DNA of 64,000 nt, taken from NCBI GenBank assembly GCA_030704615.1, contig CM060731.1, positions 65,906,001 through 65,970,000 of the forward strand, given 5' to 3'. Source of the stretch: Takakia lepidozioides. Its lineage: Eukaryota; Plantae; Bryophyta. How positions within the stretch are numbered: position 1 is the first letter of the stretch; each line of letters starts with the position of its first letter. A model generated the notes under the pieces. The model saw only the letters and a program-made list of their open reading frames with translations, ran no database searches and was not told the origin of the DNA. Position numbers and translations under genes: made by a program. Below, piece by piece: positions 48,901 through 60,058 of the stretch.

Positions 48901-51368
48901 CCAAACTCTCACTGATGTCTTCCACTATGAGGATCAAAAATGCTTGGCAGCCTACCTGCACGAGGCCTTCACCCTTAGACAATCGCTAGAACATTAATTG
49001 TGGTTTCTGGATTTGTTCCTCTCTCATGCTTTCTTCCATTTTGTCCCATAAGCTCTATGAGCTTTCCGCGGACGTTATAAAGCACCATTTCATTTCATTT
49101 CATTTCTCTCTTGCTCTCTGTAGCTCTAGGTCATGGGATGCTTCATAGCATCAGAGGTAGCTGCATCCCCATCCTTACTATTTGTCTGCCACTACCCAGG
49201 GCTGTGAAATCGGCTCATATTATCTCCAGACAGGCCTAGGATTTATCAACATCATTTGTTTCTCACTTGCCCTACATAGTATCATCCTAGAGGAACATAC
49301 TTCAGTGGCAATCTGTTTGAAGACCAAAAGTGCTTGGCTGCCTGCCTCAATGATGGGAAAGTCTGTCCGGAGGTTGAGGCCTTTGAGGCCTTTTCCTCTT
49401 TATTTTTTTAAAAATGCTTGGCAGCCTACCTGCACGAGGCCTTCACCCTTAGACAATCGCTAGAACATTAATTGTTATTCTTGGTTTCTGGATTTGTTCC
49501 TCTCTCATGTTTTCTTCCATTTTGTCCCACAAACTCTATGAGCTTTCCGTGGACGTTATAAAGCACCATTTCATTTCATTTAGTTTCTCTTCTGGAAAGC
49601 TAGGGGTACGGCAAACAACGTCTTATGAGTACATTCTTTCTTTCTCTTATGTTTCTCTTAGTTTTTATTTTTGCTCTGGTTTTGTTTCCTCTCTCATGTT
49701 TTCTTCCATTTTGTCCCATAAGCTCTATGGGGCTTTCCGCGGACGTTATAAAGCACCATTTCATTTCATTTCTCTTTTGAACTAATGTTTCCTCTTCCTC
49801 ACATGTGCTGTTCTTCCAGGTTCCGGAACACTGGGTAGTGAATGCATACCCAAGCGAAAAGCTGTTTTCAAACTGGCTGAACGATCTAAGGAAACGCCTG
49901 GCCTTTATCAAAAACTGGATAGATGATGGTCTTCCCAAAGTAATCTGGATCTCAGGTCTATGCTTTCCTCAGGTAACAACACCTAGCACCATCATTACTC
50001 TGATTTTGATGTGCAAGTGCAAAGCACCTAATTTGAACATATGTTCTCTTACACATTGTTCTGAAGAGTGTCACCCAGAGCCATATGTGAAAATGGAATT
50101 ACGTTCTCTAGAGCCGTCAGTATATCCACCCACCAAACTTCAGCCAGTTGATTATGCTTGGGTAAATGAAAACTACCCTGTGGAGAAACATTTGCTTGGC
50201 TACAACTCCAGATGCAGGTTCCTCGTCAACAAGGGGAGGTCCAAGTCACCAGAAGGTTAGACATACTGACGAAGTTACGGATAACTGCACAGGCACTCTT
50301 TGCAGCCACAGCACAAAAGCATGCGAGGGCGCAGAGATTGGCATTAAACTCCGTACACTTGGAGGCATGTATGATGGACCCACTTTTACAGGTACTTTTG
50401 CCTGCCATTCCTGCAAGTTGTTGACCCACTACTCACAAGGAAGTGGTATAAATGAGTACTTGATGTAGCAGGTGGAGAGTGATATGTTTGTTCCTCCCGA
50501 AGATGCATGATACACCTGCCATTCAACAGTTAAGCCTGATAGTGACTGTACATTTGTGCCTGATGCAGATCAAGGAGCATCCTTCAGAGGGCTGCTACAT
50601 GAGTGGGTTATTCTTGGAGGGTGCCAGATGGGACTCTAGTGCCATGTGCCTTGCTGAGACAGACTCCAAACAACTCCTGAGTGAAATGTGTGTGATTTGG
50701 TTACGCCCATCGGTGATCAGCCCGAATATTGGGGACGTCTTATCAGAGAGCAAAACGTACAGCTGTCCCATTTATCACACACAAGCCAGAAATGGTACGT
50801 CCAGGCTACGCACTGATCAATTTTTGATGAATCTATAACAAGATTATCCCTCTGCCATGATTGTCTCTGTATGCAATCGATAACAATTCACCAAATATGT
50901 GATGGTGATTCATGAATACATTAAATCCCGATCATGCCCTTGACCCATTTGTCAAGGGTAAGATGACACCCTTGACAAAGACATTGGTTCACTACTTCAT
51001 CATCTTGGAAACAGATATCAGACAGTTCACAAATACATATGGTTTTCACTGAATCAGTTCTAATTTCCTAGTTCCAAATCACAGAACCATGACTAGAACC
51101 TCAAAAGATGTAAGGACTCTGAACACACTCTTGTAGAAGAACTGGATGTCGTTGTTAGCCAGTTCATGCTTTTCCTTCATTACTACCTCAAAGAATGCTA
51201 CCTGCATCAAAAGAGATGGCTTGAATAAGCAGACTGGAGAGGGGCATGGCAGGTACAAGAAAAGGACTGGGTAATTTGGTGGGCTCCATCAAGGTGCCTG
51301 CAGGATGCAGGACAGGAAAGCACTGGGTGTTGCGTGGTGTTGCACTACTCTGCAGCTGCAGAGAATAG
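12962..51368 (+). CDS. Axonemal inner-arm (single-headed) dynein heavy chain, DNAH1-like, multi-exon; 5' exon structure partly uncertain
   Basis: Motifs occur in the expected order: linker FPRFYFLSNDELL; AAA1 RLVMTPLTERC, GPAGAGKTET, CLDEF; AAA2 GGSGTGKT, SPATVSRCG; AAA3 GRAGSGKT, IFIDDLNM; AAA4 GHALLLGHSGSGR. Then stalk/MTBD ISELKSFTQPP, SVACRSICVWIRAM; AAA5 LLLDPQGQGSKWI, ERPDLEEER; AAA6 WVLLQNCH, FRLWMTT; C-terminal WISGLCFPQ, GLFLEGARWD; final exon KHWVLRGVALLCSCRE-stop. Confidence 0.93.
15882..16202 (+). repeat. ~160-bp tandem duplication of an acceptor site and most of a dynein exon
   Basis: Two copies of gtaattatacaatgtagatttc...tttttag|GCGGATGA.ATTCAAGAGAGCACTGAG...GAACATGGCAT. Confidence 0.95.
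22565..23572 (+). CDS. Dynein exon: linker end and AAA1 Walker A
   Basis: gcag acceptor; SFDWQRQFRYY, RLVMTPLTERCF, GPAGAGKTETIKDLAKALG; AAG|gt donor. Confidence 0.9.
23685..24545 (+). mobile_element. Cluster of about 4 older stacked RTE/RTEX 3' ends
   Basis: Repeated TTATAAAGTACCATTTCATTTC-type tails near 23700, 23970, 24140 and 24530; SHSLRIETGRWDNLQQADKLCPAC remnant. Confidence 0.85.
24987..28259 (+). CDS. Dynein exon (3.27 kb): AAA1 Walker B through AAA4 P-loop
   Basis: Lies within the 1163-aa ORF; gtgcag|GGA acceptor; GAG|gtgaaa donor; AAA2, AAA3 and AAA4 P-loops present. Confidence 0.9.
30213..30359 (+). mobile_element. tRNA-derived SINE-like element
   Basis: A-box TAGCCCAGTGG, TTTCA (Glu-like) loop, B-box GGTTCAAAACC; tail GGAAGGCAGTAGCCC...AAGTGACACCATAA shared with other copies. 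Confidence 0.7.
31232..32699 (+). CDS. Dynein stalk CC1 and microtubule-binding-domain exons (~31232-31602, 31863-32083, 32481-32699)
   Basis: RLETGLKKLQST; LNKKDISELKSFTQPP...NYWPVARELL; PYMENPQFKPEKVQRISVACRSICVWIRAMYKYH. Confidence 0.88.
32232..32407 (+). pseudogene. Degenerate duplicate of the dynein MTBD exon
   Basis: Aligns with ~32454-32630; acceptor mutated; in-frame stops. Confidence 0.88.
32784..33212 (-). mobile_element. RTE/RTEX-type LINE 3' fragment
   Basis: ORF GRFRVGSHNLRIETGRWESLQREDRLCPAC...LRHSLEH; (GAAAT)n tail. Confidence 0.9.
34795..35865. mobile_element. Decayed RTE/RTEX 3' remnants (- at ~34795-34900, + at ~35700-35865) on either side of a small dynein exon
   Basis: gaaatgaaatgaaatggtact; aaattgaaactgaagaacatttcttc; acgttataaag. 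Similar remnants at ~29680-29830 (-) and ~44490-44550 (+). Confidence 0.65.
34905..35148. repeat. 121-bp near-perfect tandem duplication in a dynein intron
   Basis: gccatcaataagcagccctc...ctcaattttgagc occurs twice. Confidence 0.95.
36490..38430 (+). mobile_element. Cluster of about 6 stacked RTE/RTEX fragments, including an upstream RT segment (~37720-38010)
   Basis: Fragments match the 47597 copy; FPTEWTKSIIHPLFKSGDRLAPTNYRTI...EGQAGFR; tails at ~37395 and ~38185. Confidence 0.87.
39241..39370 (-). mobile_element. tRNA-derived SINE-like element, second copy
   Basis: Reverse complement reads TTGCCCAGTGCACAGGG...GGTTCAAAGCCACA...GAAGGCAGTAGCCCCTTTTAGGGTGAAGTGGCACCATAA. Confidence 0.7.
40480..41402 (-). 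mobile_element. RTE/RTEX-type LINE copy with an internal deletion
   Basis: Near-identical to 47825-48168 joined to 48522-49100; (AAATG)n tail at the left end. Confidence 0.9.
44926..44975 (+). mobile_element. SINE-like tail fragment
   Basis: TGTCCACC...GGAAGGTTGTAGCCCTTCCGGGTGAAGTGACACCATAA matches the tails at 30305-30359 and 39241-39290. Confidence 0.6.
45960..46475 (+). mobile_element. Two or three stacked RTE/RTEX 3' ends
   Basis: WENLQREDRLCPAC segment plus 3'UTR and (CATTT)n at ~46290; older tail ending ~46475. Confidence 0.88.
47597..49106 (+). mobile_element. 5'-truncated RTE/RTEX-type non-LTR retrotransposon with an intact C-terminal ORF, in a dynein intron
   Basis: GVKQGCPLSPTLFGIYID, LLYADD, VNLSKTKIMVF, YRYLGL, FRVGSHNLRIETGRW, RLCPAC...ETEEH...C; short 3'UTR ending in (CATTT)n. 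Confidence 0.92.
49410..49772 (+). mobile_element. Two short RTE/RTEX 3' ends
   Basis: GGACGTTATAAAGCACCATTTCATTTCATTT at ~49550-49580 and ~49740-49772. Confidence 0.88.
51253..51368 (+). CDS. Dynein terminal exon (absent from the ORF track)
   Basis: catggcag|GT continues phase 1 from AAT G|gtacgt; encodes GTRKGLGNLVGSIKVPAGCRTGKHWVLRGVALLCSCRE*, matching the canonical HWIxRGVALLC end. Confidence 0.9.
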
Positions 51369-52914
51369 ATTTCTGTCGTCTCAAGTCAAAACAAGTCAAA
51401 CCATGCTGCCCTATCTGTCTTCGGCATTGCTGGTGACACTTCTCCATTGCCAGGTACCCATCCTCTAGTTCATGGATCATATTCAGTGTTTTGCACATTT
51501 TCACATTCTGTTAGATAGCACATGTCATTGTTAGTCCTCAACCGGTACTTTAGTCCTCAGTCCACAAGTACTGGTCTGTACATTACTTACTAATGCCAAC
51601 TACCTGAATTTTAGCTTCCCCCTAACTTTAGCCTTGCGAGAAGATTACCACTACTTGAATCCTGACACTTTCCTTGGGGAGCAAAGGCATTGTGAAGTCA
51701 GTGAGAACCCCATAGAGGGCTCTGGCCACATCTTTTGCATTATACTTCAAATCCTGGAAGTGTAACAGGGTGCAAAACGAATGTAAGTCATAGGAGAGAA
51801 CTAGCCTCCACCCACTTGGATTATGTTGAAGTTATACTTCTCTCCACTGTTTGTGATCCAAATAGGACTCCTGTCATGAAAAGTCATGCTTCATAAACAG
51901 CAAAAGTGGCATTTCCTAAAAAGCAAAAGTAGGTCTCTTTTTCCTCTCACGAACGATTCTCATTGATGCAGGCAATACCCAGGGTTCTGGAAGTTGCATT
52001 GTGGAATGCTTGTGTGTCTTTGAGATCCATGAGCCTAAACAAATGAATTGCTTACAAAATTCAGCAGTTGATGTCGGAATTGAGAATGTCTTTCAACAGT
52101 TTTGAAACATGCGACAATGCTTGTCAACACAAAACAAGATATTGAGTATAGAGTCACCCTGACTAGATGTTGGGTAATAAATTTATTGGCACCTCCCTCA
52201 CAAGGAGACCACACCACAGTGCCCAAAATGGTAAAAGTCGATGTTTCATTTAACAGATCCCACTCCCCTAGTTCAACCCTTTCCTTACACGATGCTCCCA
52301 TTTGCAGTGCCATGAATCACTTCCAATGTACATGAATATTGTGTCATTCATCATGGGATATCTGTTGTATAATTAAATCATCTAATCATCTGCTTGTGTT
52401 ATTCAGTAACCAGTCACTACTGTCAGCCTGGCCTTGACTTGCCTTTCTGATCCAGTAGCATCTACATCCCTACAATTATCAATAGTGTTCACAAATCGAG
52501 TTCTACAGACTGACCTGAATGTTCCTCTTTTATTCTCTCTCAAGGTCTTTCCAGGTTCTTCATCTTGTTCTGCAAAAAGAAATATTCAACATGCAGTCGA
52601 TAAGGGCACATGTGGGGAGCTTGCACATGAGGGTGATTGCAGAATTGGATTGTGGGTACCCATGTTTCTCCCGGGATCAAGAGCCGATCCTGGAAAATGT
52701 ATTGCATGGGTACCCATGATTCATGGTGGCAAAACATGCCACACAGGCCAAACAATTTTTGCTGCAATCGATATGAAGGTTTAGCCACATTAATATAGTG
52801 GCACCAAAGTGCTTTAGCAAGGTTACTTAAATTTTTGGTCCCAAGAGCAACTCTACAATGCAGACGGAGATTCCCAAGTTATATAGCTTCTTTTGTTGTA
52901 TCGTTATAATGAGG

Positions 52915-53008
52915 AGCATACAACACACCCTATTAGAGAGCCAAGATTGAACTTGCAATCACCTGGGTGTCAAGCAAGAGTACTATCCAACTGAGCTAGC
53001 AGCTGTTA
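52915..53008 (-). mobile_element. tRNA-derived SINE head or tRNA pseudogene
   Basis: Reverse complement AACAGCTGCTAGCTCAGTTGGATAGT...CACCCAGGTGATTGCAAGTTCAATCTTGG...GGGTGTG; stems degenerate. Confidence 0.6.
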
Positions 53009-53177
53009 TACAGATGAAAGTGTTGGCTCCCATTTATATTTGGCTACTAGTTGATTGTTGGGTGCTCAATTTCATATTTTTATTAATGTATATTCACAAT
53101 GTAGACTCTGGCACTAGCGCAGCCTGCCAATACAAGGCAACAATTGTTCCGTTGAACAATATTTCTTGATTTCTTGA

Positions 53178-56100
53178 TTTTATTTTTTTATTTTTTTAAA
53201 TTATCTTGCGTTTTATTATGTGAGGGGAAAAAATAAACCCCTGTGGGGCCATAAGGCAAACACACCTGACGGTGAGGGACGAACCCAGAGTACTTCAATG
53301 GAGAGAAATCCATCCAAGAGGATGATGTGGAAAGCTACGATTATGAGAGAAAAAAAACAGCTAGGAGAGGGCAAAGAGCGAAAGTAGTGCTCACGAGATG
53401 CGAGCTCTTGGAATGCCGACTGGCCCTGACAGATTCCTACCACTGCTAACAATGAGAAGATCAACCTAAAAGAGAACCTTGCATCTATAGAACAAGGAAG
53501 CCACGATATGCTTGAGAGAAAAATTCCTTGGAGAGATCAGCTATGAGCTATCCATATCAAGCAGGGGTTGAAGCCCTAGAGAGAAAATAAAAGAGAACAC
53601 TTAGAGTAAGGAATTCTTGAAGACAGAGACCAGGGAGCATGTTTTCGCTGCTGGCGCTGGAGGACGCTACTTGCCGAAGCTAAGCCGAGTCGAGTTCTTG
53701 CCACTGATGTGCTTCCAATTAATTTCCCTATCGAACTCCGGTGAGTCATGGTAGCACAGTGATTGCCCCTTGCCATGAGTCCGGTGGCTCTCTGGTCCAG
53801 AGACAGATTGTCGACGAAGAGCAGTTGCATATGATGTTATCTTTTTCCCATGAGCATTTGAATTTGCTGACGAGCTGATATTCAGCCTCTGGATTCTTTC
53901 TGATGTCTGCAATCAATTTTGCCCAGGCTTTTCTCTCCTCAATTTGCACCTCATGGAATATTGTAGATAAAAGCACAGAGAGACAAGTCTTCTCTCTATT
54001 TAAAACCCACAAACATCTTACTTTCCAGATGTTCCATAGAGAGATAGATCTGATAGCCTCATAAACTGGACAATGACTGTGAATGTTGTGAAGGTTTCCA
54101 TCATAGTTAAGAAGCTTGTGGGTTGCCGAGGGTATCCCAGGTTCCCATATCTGCATGATGGGTGTGAGGCGGGGCCAAGTTTTTGATGGGATACTGCAAC
54201 GGAGAAGACAGTGCTCCAAAGATTTTGTCATCCCTATGCTGCAGCATTTGCAAATTAATGCCTCTGAGAATGCCAGCCACAAACCTACTTTCAGAACCCT
54301 ATTTGCAACCTGCCATAGAAAGGCTGCCACTTTGGCAGGCCTGACCTTGTTCCATATGTTAGCCCATATGAGATTCCATCTAGCCAAATTCAAGCTATAG
54401 CCAGCCCATCTGGAGGCCCATTTATCCTGAAATTGCTAAGGCTTTAGTAGCGAACGATATGCTGCCTTGGCTGAATAGTTGAAGAATGAAGGACAGGAAG
54501 CTCCAAAATTCCAAGACCATTCCTTTGGGTCCACCATGACCCCCATAAGGGGCACTCCTTCCACCCCAGAGAAATAGTTGAGATGAGAGCCAATCATTTA
54601 GGGGTTGATCCTTTGGAACAGACGGGTTCATTTCTCTTTCAGGAGAAGACCACTGACAGATACGAACTGGAGTGAACTGCCCAACAGAGATAGTCACTGG
54701 ATTCAATGATTCCACCATGAGAAAGTTTGATAGCTCAATTTTGTTTAGAACTATACCCTTAAAGTGGATGGGCCATGCTTCAGTGATGTATATAACCTGA
54801 TGAAGGGCTGCTGAGCAAGTGACCCAGCTACCAGGGCAAGCTTGCTGAGGACCTGCCGAGAGAGTTTGAATCCAGTTGTCAAGAATATTTTGAATCAATT
54901 GGTGGTAGCCTGACGTCCCTCTTTGAGGACCAACTATTGGAATTATTTGGTCCAAAGGTAGAAAATCCCGACCGCCCCAAATGTCTTTGATTTGGGCTAT
55001 GTTTAAATTATCCCAGGCAGAGAATTTTGCAGTGGAAGGGTTGTTGCAATTGAGGGTAAGGGATTGGCGCATGGTTTCCTCATATGATTTTGGGTCCTCT
55101 TTAACCAACCTGGGCCGAATGGTTCTCCAAACATCCCATATGGCTCTCCATAAAGGGGAACCATTAGATTTGTGTCTAAAACCCTGTGTGATCCATCGGA
55201 GAGATGGGCTCCATGTTTTGGTTTTGAGGGGGGAACTTTTGAGAATGTGTTGATAAACTAGATGCTTCCACCATCCACCTTCAGGCCCTAATAGCCTTAC
55301 TATCCATTTACCCAAGAGTGCCGATATTTGGGTTCCTGGATCAATGATCCCCAAGCCACCTTTCTTTTTTGGAATGCAAATCTGGGCCCAAGAGACAGCT
55401 GGTCTAGGGCTTCTGGCATCTGAATCTGTGCCCCATATGAAGTTACAGATGGTTTTTTGGATCTGTTTGATCTGTGGAGCTGAGGGGCTCCAAACCGAAG
55501 CAAAGTACCATATGCTGGCCAGAAGAATCTGGTTGGCTACAAGAGCCCTTCCAGTAATTGAAAGATGACGGGAACCCTAGTAAACTAGCTTCTTTTTTAG
55601 CTTGACTATGACATGGCCCAACCTCTGGTCGTCCGAAAGGTTAATCCCAAATGGGTGCCCAAGCAGGGTAGTAACATCCCCTTGTTGCAACCATTTGAGA
55701 CCCAGATTCCCTCCCCAATTAGAGCTGAACCCAGCAGGGATGGTGGCTGTGTCTCCAGCAAGGATGACAACTGTTTTTGCCCAATTAACTTTAAAACCAG
55801 AGGCTTCACAAAAGGTAGCGAGAGATTCAATTGCCTCCTGCAAGTTGGCATCCGTGGCCTGAAGGTATAAAACCGTGTCGTCTACAAACATTGAGTCTTT
55901 GATCTGGAGGTCATTGTTGGCTTGGGTTTTGATTTGGAGCCCAGTTATATTTGGGTTGTTGTCCAAGAGATATCCTAGAGAGTTTGCCACTATGAGGAAG
56001 AGGAATGGGGCCAGTAGGCATCCTTGACGAACTGGAGGTCAAAAATTTTAGAGATGAATCCATTCACTGAAACCCTACTAGATGCGTTGAGGAGGAGTAT

Positions 56101-56290
56101 TTCGACCCAACAACAAAAGTCGTTTGAGAGTCCTGTTTTTTGGAGAGTCGCAAACAGCATTGGCCATTCAACCTTATCAAACGCTTTTTCAAAGTCCAAA
56201 AGAAGCATGGCTATGTGTTGCCGAGTGGATTCTGCATAGATTGGGGTCTCTTGTGCCAACAGAATATTGTCAATTTTGTCAGTAAGAATG
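53178..56290 (-). mobile_element. 5'-truncated, decayed L1-clade LINE (RT + zf-RVT), with stops and frameshifts
   Basis: DNILLAQE, LLDFEKAFDKVEW, MFVDDTVLYL, ASGFKVNWAKT, LLGKWIVRL, KVAAFLWQ...CKCC...SLEHCLLRC, SLWNIWKVR; T-rich (poly-A) end at ~53180-53197. Confidence 0.9.
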
Positions 56291-56372
56291 AAATTGAGAA
56301 AGGGGACCAAAAAAGTAAATAAAAATAAAAGGGACCAACAGTCAGTAAAAATAAAATTTAAAAAGAAAAAAA

Positions 56373-56538
56373 AACAGTCAGTAGCTCAGTTGGATAGTGC
56401 ACTGAGTGCCACCCAAATGATTCTGGGGTCAAATCCTGCTACCTTGACGGGTGTGGTATGTTGTTCTTCTTCCCTTTCCCTTGGGCGGTGTCCCATGCAA
56501 AAGGATGCAAAAGCCTTCGCGGGCGAGGTTACAGTATG
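56373..56538 (+). mobile_element. tRNA-derived SINE-like element related to 52915-53008
   Basis: AACAGTCAGTAGCTCAGTTGGATAGT...CACCCAAATGATTCTGGGGTCAAATCC...GGGTGTGGTATG; tail GGTGTCC...AGCCTTCGCGGGCGAGGT. Confidence 0.6.
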
Positions 56539-59500
56539 CTTTCTGATACTTAGACAAAGAGCGTCAAAACTGTGTGATCACCACACTGCCACGCTTCCGA
56601 CCGAGAATGACGATCACCACCAAAGAAATCGTGCACTATTTTATCAGGAATTCTTGGCAACTGCTTCCATTCCGGACTGGAGATGTTACTCCCATAACAT
56701 GGAGTTGTGGTGCTGTCGAATTCCCAAGCTGGCAACAACCGGCCCCCACTTTCCACCAAAGAAGCAGGGGTTGGGGATCTGTGTGAGAACCTCCGCCCAC
56801 ACTCCGGTACTGCCAAGTATGTTGGAAAAGCAAACAATTTGTCTAAGAATCCATCTTAAAGTTGAGAGGGAAGATGAAAGGACGTGGCGTACATCACGTT
56901 GCCGCATTTGACTATGTTCCTATATCCGTGAACCCCCGGAGGTGCAGGCATGCGTTTCCTGACTCATTCTGGACACGAGTTGGGGATAGAGTCGTAGGCC
57001 AAAGTCTTCTACACTCCAACTCTTTCGGTAGGCAAAGTATTGTAACAAGAAGCAGCTTGTACCCACCGCTACTGTTCAATAAACAACTAAAAGAGTTTTT
57101 GCTATCTTCTCGGTAAAATTGTAATCACTTGGTCAACCACTTGTCTGAATTGCAATTGGATTCGAGATCTCTTTCCGCTCTACTAGATTAAACTCTCATA
57201 ATCTGATCTCATGCTCGCTGGCACTACCTCACTATCTAGATCTTTCTCCCAATCTCCAGAGATTTAGCACTTGCCGTCCAGATAATTTACTATGCCTTTC
57301 ATCGAGCAGCTCAGCAAGCCAATTCTCAAATCAGCACTCAATCGTGTAAGCCAACTGTCGACGGTTCAGCACAAGCTAGAAAAGTCGTGCTCAGCTGAGT
57401 TTGATGAATAGGTGCCCCAGTGGTGTCCTAGTAGTAAAATTGTCAACGACCCGCTCTTGTAAATCCCTGGGGCCGTCATGTCAGTGTTCAAATTTGATAC
57501 GAAAAGTTGCGCAGGTTGAAGCTCTGATTGTGCAATGAAATTTGTTTCAGTAGTTGAATTTCTTACTATCGATCTAGATCACTTGTTTGACGTCAATCTA
57601 AGCTCCGGACTAGTCTCTCGAGCTCGCGTACAAGCCTCATCCCTCCATCTCTCGTTTTGATCGATTGACCAGTTGACTAGACTGTCACATCTGGTCTACA
57701 TGAAAATCAATCAGAGCATCATATTTTTTACGATAGCCGGGTCTGGCACATTCAGTGGAATGTTACAATTACCAAATTATTCGTAAAAATCGTGCACGGC
57801 TTCATCATCATGTAGGTGTCGGAATTCGGATATTCAAACTTTTTGAATCGAGATCAGGGTATCTCAGGATAAGCTACGGGTCCTTATCATTTTTAGGGCT
57901 GCCAGCAACAGGGGGTTTGCTATATAGTGGTTTCAAAGAATTGCAGAGTTCAGCATTTGATGATGACCCGAGAGAGAGAGAGATCAGAGAGAGGAATTTG
58001 CTTGCAGGCCGCATGCAATGGAAAGCGTTCTCAATCTTATTGGCCTCCATTTAATCATGTTTCTATCATAGTCCCAAGAGTGCACTTAATCTATTGGCAT
58101 GTGCCTGTGCATGCAGCGCCGAAAATTGGAGGTTTGCTCACTGGACTATTTTCATTGAGTTTCGAGAAGAAGACCTTAATATAGATATCTACGTACGTCG
58201 AGAGCTGTCGCTTACAGTGCTGGGTATTATTGTACGCTCTACAGTTCAAAGTCTCTGTATCACAATTGCTGCTGCTGGGTGTGTGCCCACGATATGTACC
58301 ACGGCTCTCCCACAATGGTTTGTGCGGTCACGGTCCCTTGGCGAATTCCTGGAGATCAGAACTTCACCTTAATATTTTTGCTGACAATGCTCTTCTACCT
58401 ACTCACCATGAAGCGCAAACCTTCTCCGGAGACTGATCTCTCTCTTCTCTCTCCTTCTTATCTTCTAGGTTGAGGAACGCAAGCCAGCCACCTGAGCCAT
58501 TTCTAATGAAAACGGCATCTTCTCTTCTGCCACTACACAGCGAACTCATCACTTGCAAGCTTCGCGAGCAATTGATTACAGCGCCATGACTGCAGGGCAC
58601 CATTGACGAAGCCAGGGGATCCACCCACTCCTCCTTGAACTTGACGTCTATGAAACTTTGGCGAGAAACTGGACATAGCGCCGAGGAGCCGCAAGCTAGA
58701 ATGCTCCGGAGAGAGAAAGGGAGCTACGAGCTACGAGCTACGACCCAAGCCAAACCCACAATCCCTTTCCGCCGGCGAGCTTCTCGGAGGCTTTTGGCAG
58801 GATGGTATGGAGGGGGGACCCGGGACTGGGGAGAACAGTAACACCCCAACAGCCATCGAAGCGTCCAAAGGCTGTCGAGGACAAAACGATGCCACCTCAT
58901 TACGGCGCAGCAGTTAATGGATTCACATTGTCGGCTGTACACGCGAAGCTGTCACCCTGCCTCGCATCACCACCATGACCAGGCCCCATCTCCGCATCTC
59001 CTGCTTCTCTTCTCCTTCTTCCTCCGCATGCATCCATGGCTGTCAGCCTGCGCCGGCCCCGCGTGCGGCCGGCATCAGAGACTGCAATGATTGCAGCTGC
59101 CCACTTGGTAGGCCCCCCCTGCTTGCGTCATGCGCTAAATTGGTAAAGGTGTTGGCCGGCCCTTCGACTTTCTGCACCCCCCCTGCTTTGTCGCATCCAT
59201 TAAAGCGCTGCACCCGCTTCTCTCTCATCTCTCTCATCTCTCTCATCTTCATTCCTGCCGCCCGCGTAGCTCTGCTTCCTTCCACAGACCCATCCTCGCC
59301 CCCGTCCACTCCTTCTCTCCCTCTTGCGATCCTTTGGCGCGTGCAATGCAATCTTGCACTCCTTTCAACTCACGAGTTTACTTACAACCCCACCTCCTCC
59401 CACACGCTCCATGCAAAAGTAGAAGGAATGGGAAGCATCCCCCCACTACCTTCGCTATCATCTCTCTCTCCCTTCCGAGTTCCAACAACAGCAAAAGTGA

Positions 59501-59699
59501 AAGCAACGTACTAATCATGTGTTGCTGTGTCAGTGCACTGCATTTTGCATCCCACAAAGTCAATCACAAATACTTCCATGAGAGAGAGAGAGAGAGCGAG
59601 CAGAGATCAAACAACAAGAGCATTCATCAAACTTGCAACCATCAACCATCCATCCAATTTCTTTTTCTTCTTAAAGTGGAACACCACCTGGGGAGCAAC

Positions 59700-60058
59700 C
59701 AGCCTGTGTTGGGCCGCCGGTTAATTAAAGTTCTCTGTAATACCCGGCGGTTACCTATCAGGCTATATATATATATATGGCAAGTGGAGGTGAAAAAATG
59801 AAGTAACTGGTCCGGTTAGGAACTGGCGGAGGTCAGGCATTCAAATAACTGAGCAATGAACCTTTTTAAGAATCGCTCAATACCCACGGTTATTTGATGA
59901 AAAGCGCCGGTGAGGTTTTTGCAAGTAACCGCAACCGCAGGTTATATCTAGCCATAAAAGATTCAGTAACCGCAACGGCAGGTTAATAATAGTTTCCTAA
60001 AATTCGAAGCAACCCGAACCGCCGGTTATGAAAAAAATTAAAAAACCACCCAACAATG
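59700..60058. mobile_element. Non-autonomous hAT-type MITE
   Basis: Imperfect TIRs CAG(CCTG)TGTTGGG / CCCAACAATG; perfect 8-bp TSD GGAGCAAC at 59692-59699 and 60059-60066; internal AACCG/CGGTT motifs. Confidence 0.8.

Noticed and set aside
47588-49115. TSD around the longest LINE copy (ctctcccttgtctct / ctctcttgctctct)
   Set aside because: Imperfect and low-complexity, so it cannot be distinguished from chance.
52935-56452. Functional tRNA genes at 52935-53008 and 56376-56452 (also 30213)
   Set aside because: Anticodon and acceptor stems do not pair properly; better explained as SINE heads or pseudo-tRNAs.
57755-59801. Assorted ORFs of 60-180 aa
   Set aside because: No motifs; overlap (AG)n, (CTCTCTCAT)n and GC-rich sequence; no coherent exon chain found.
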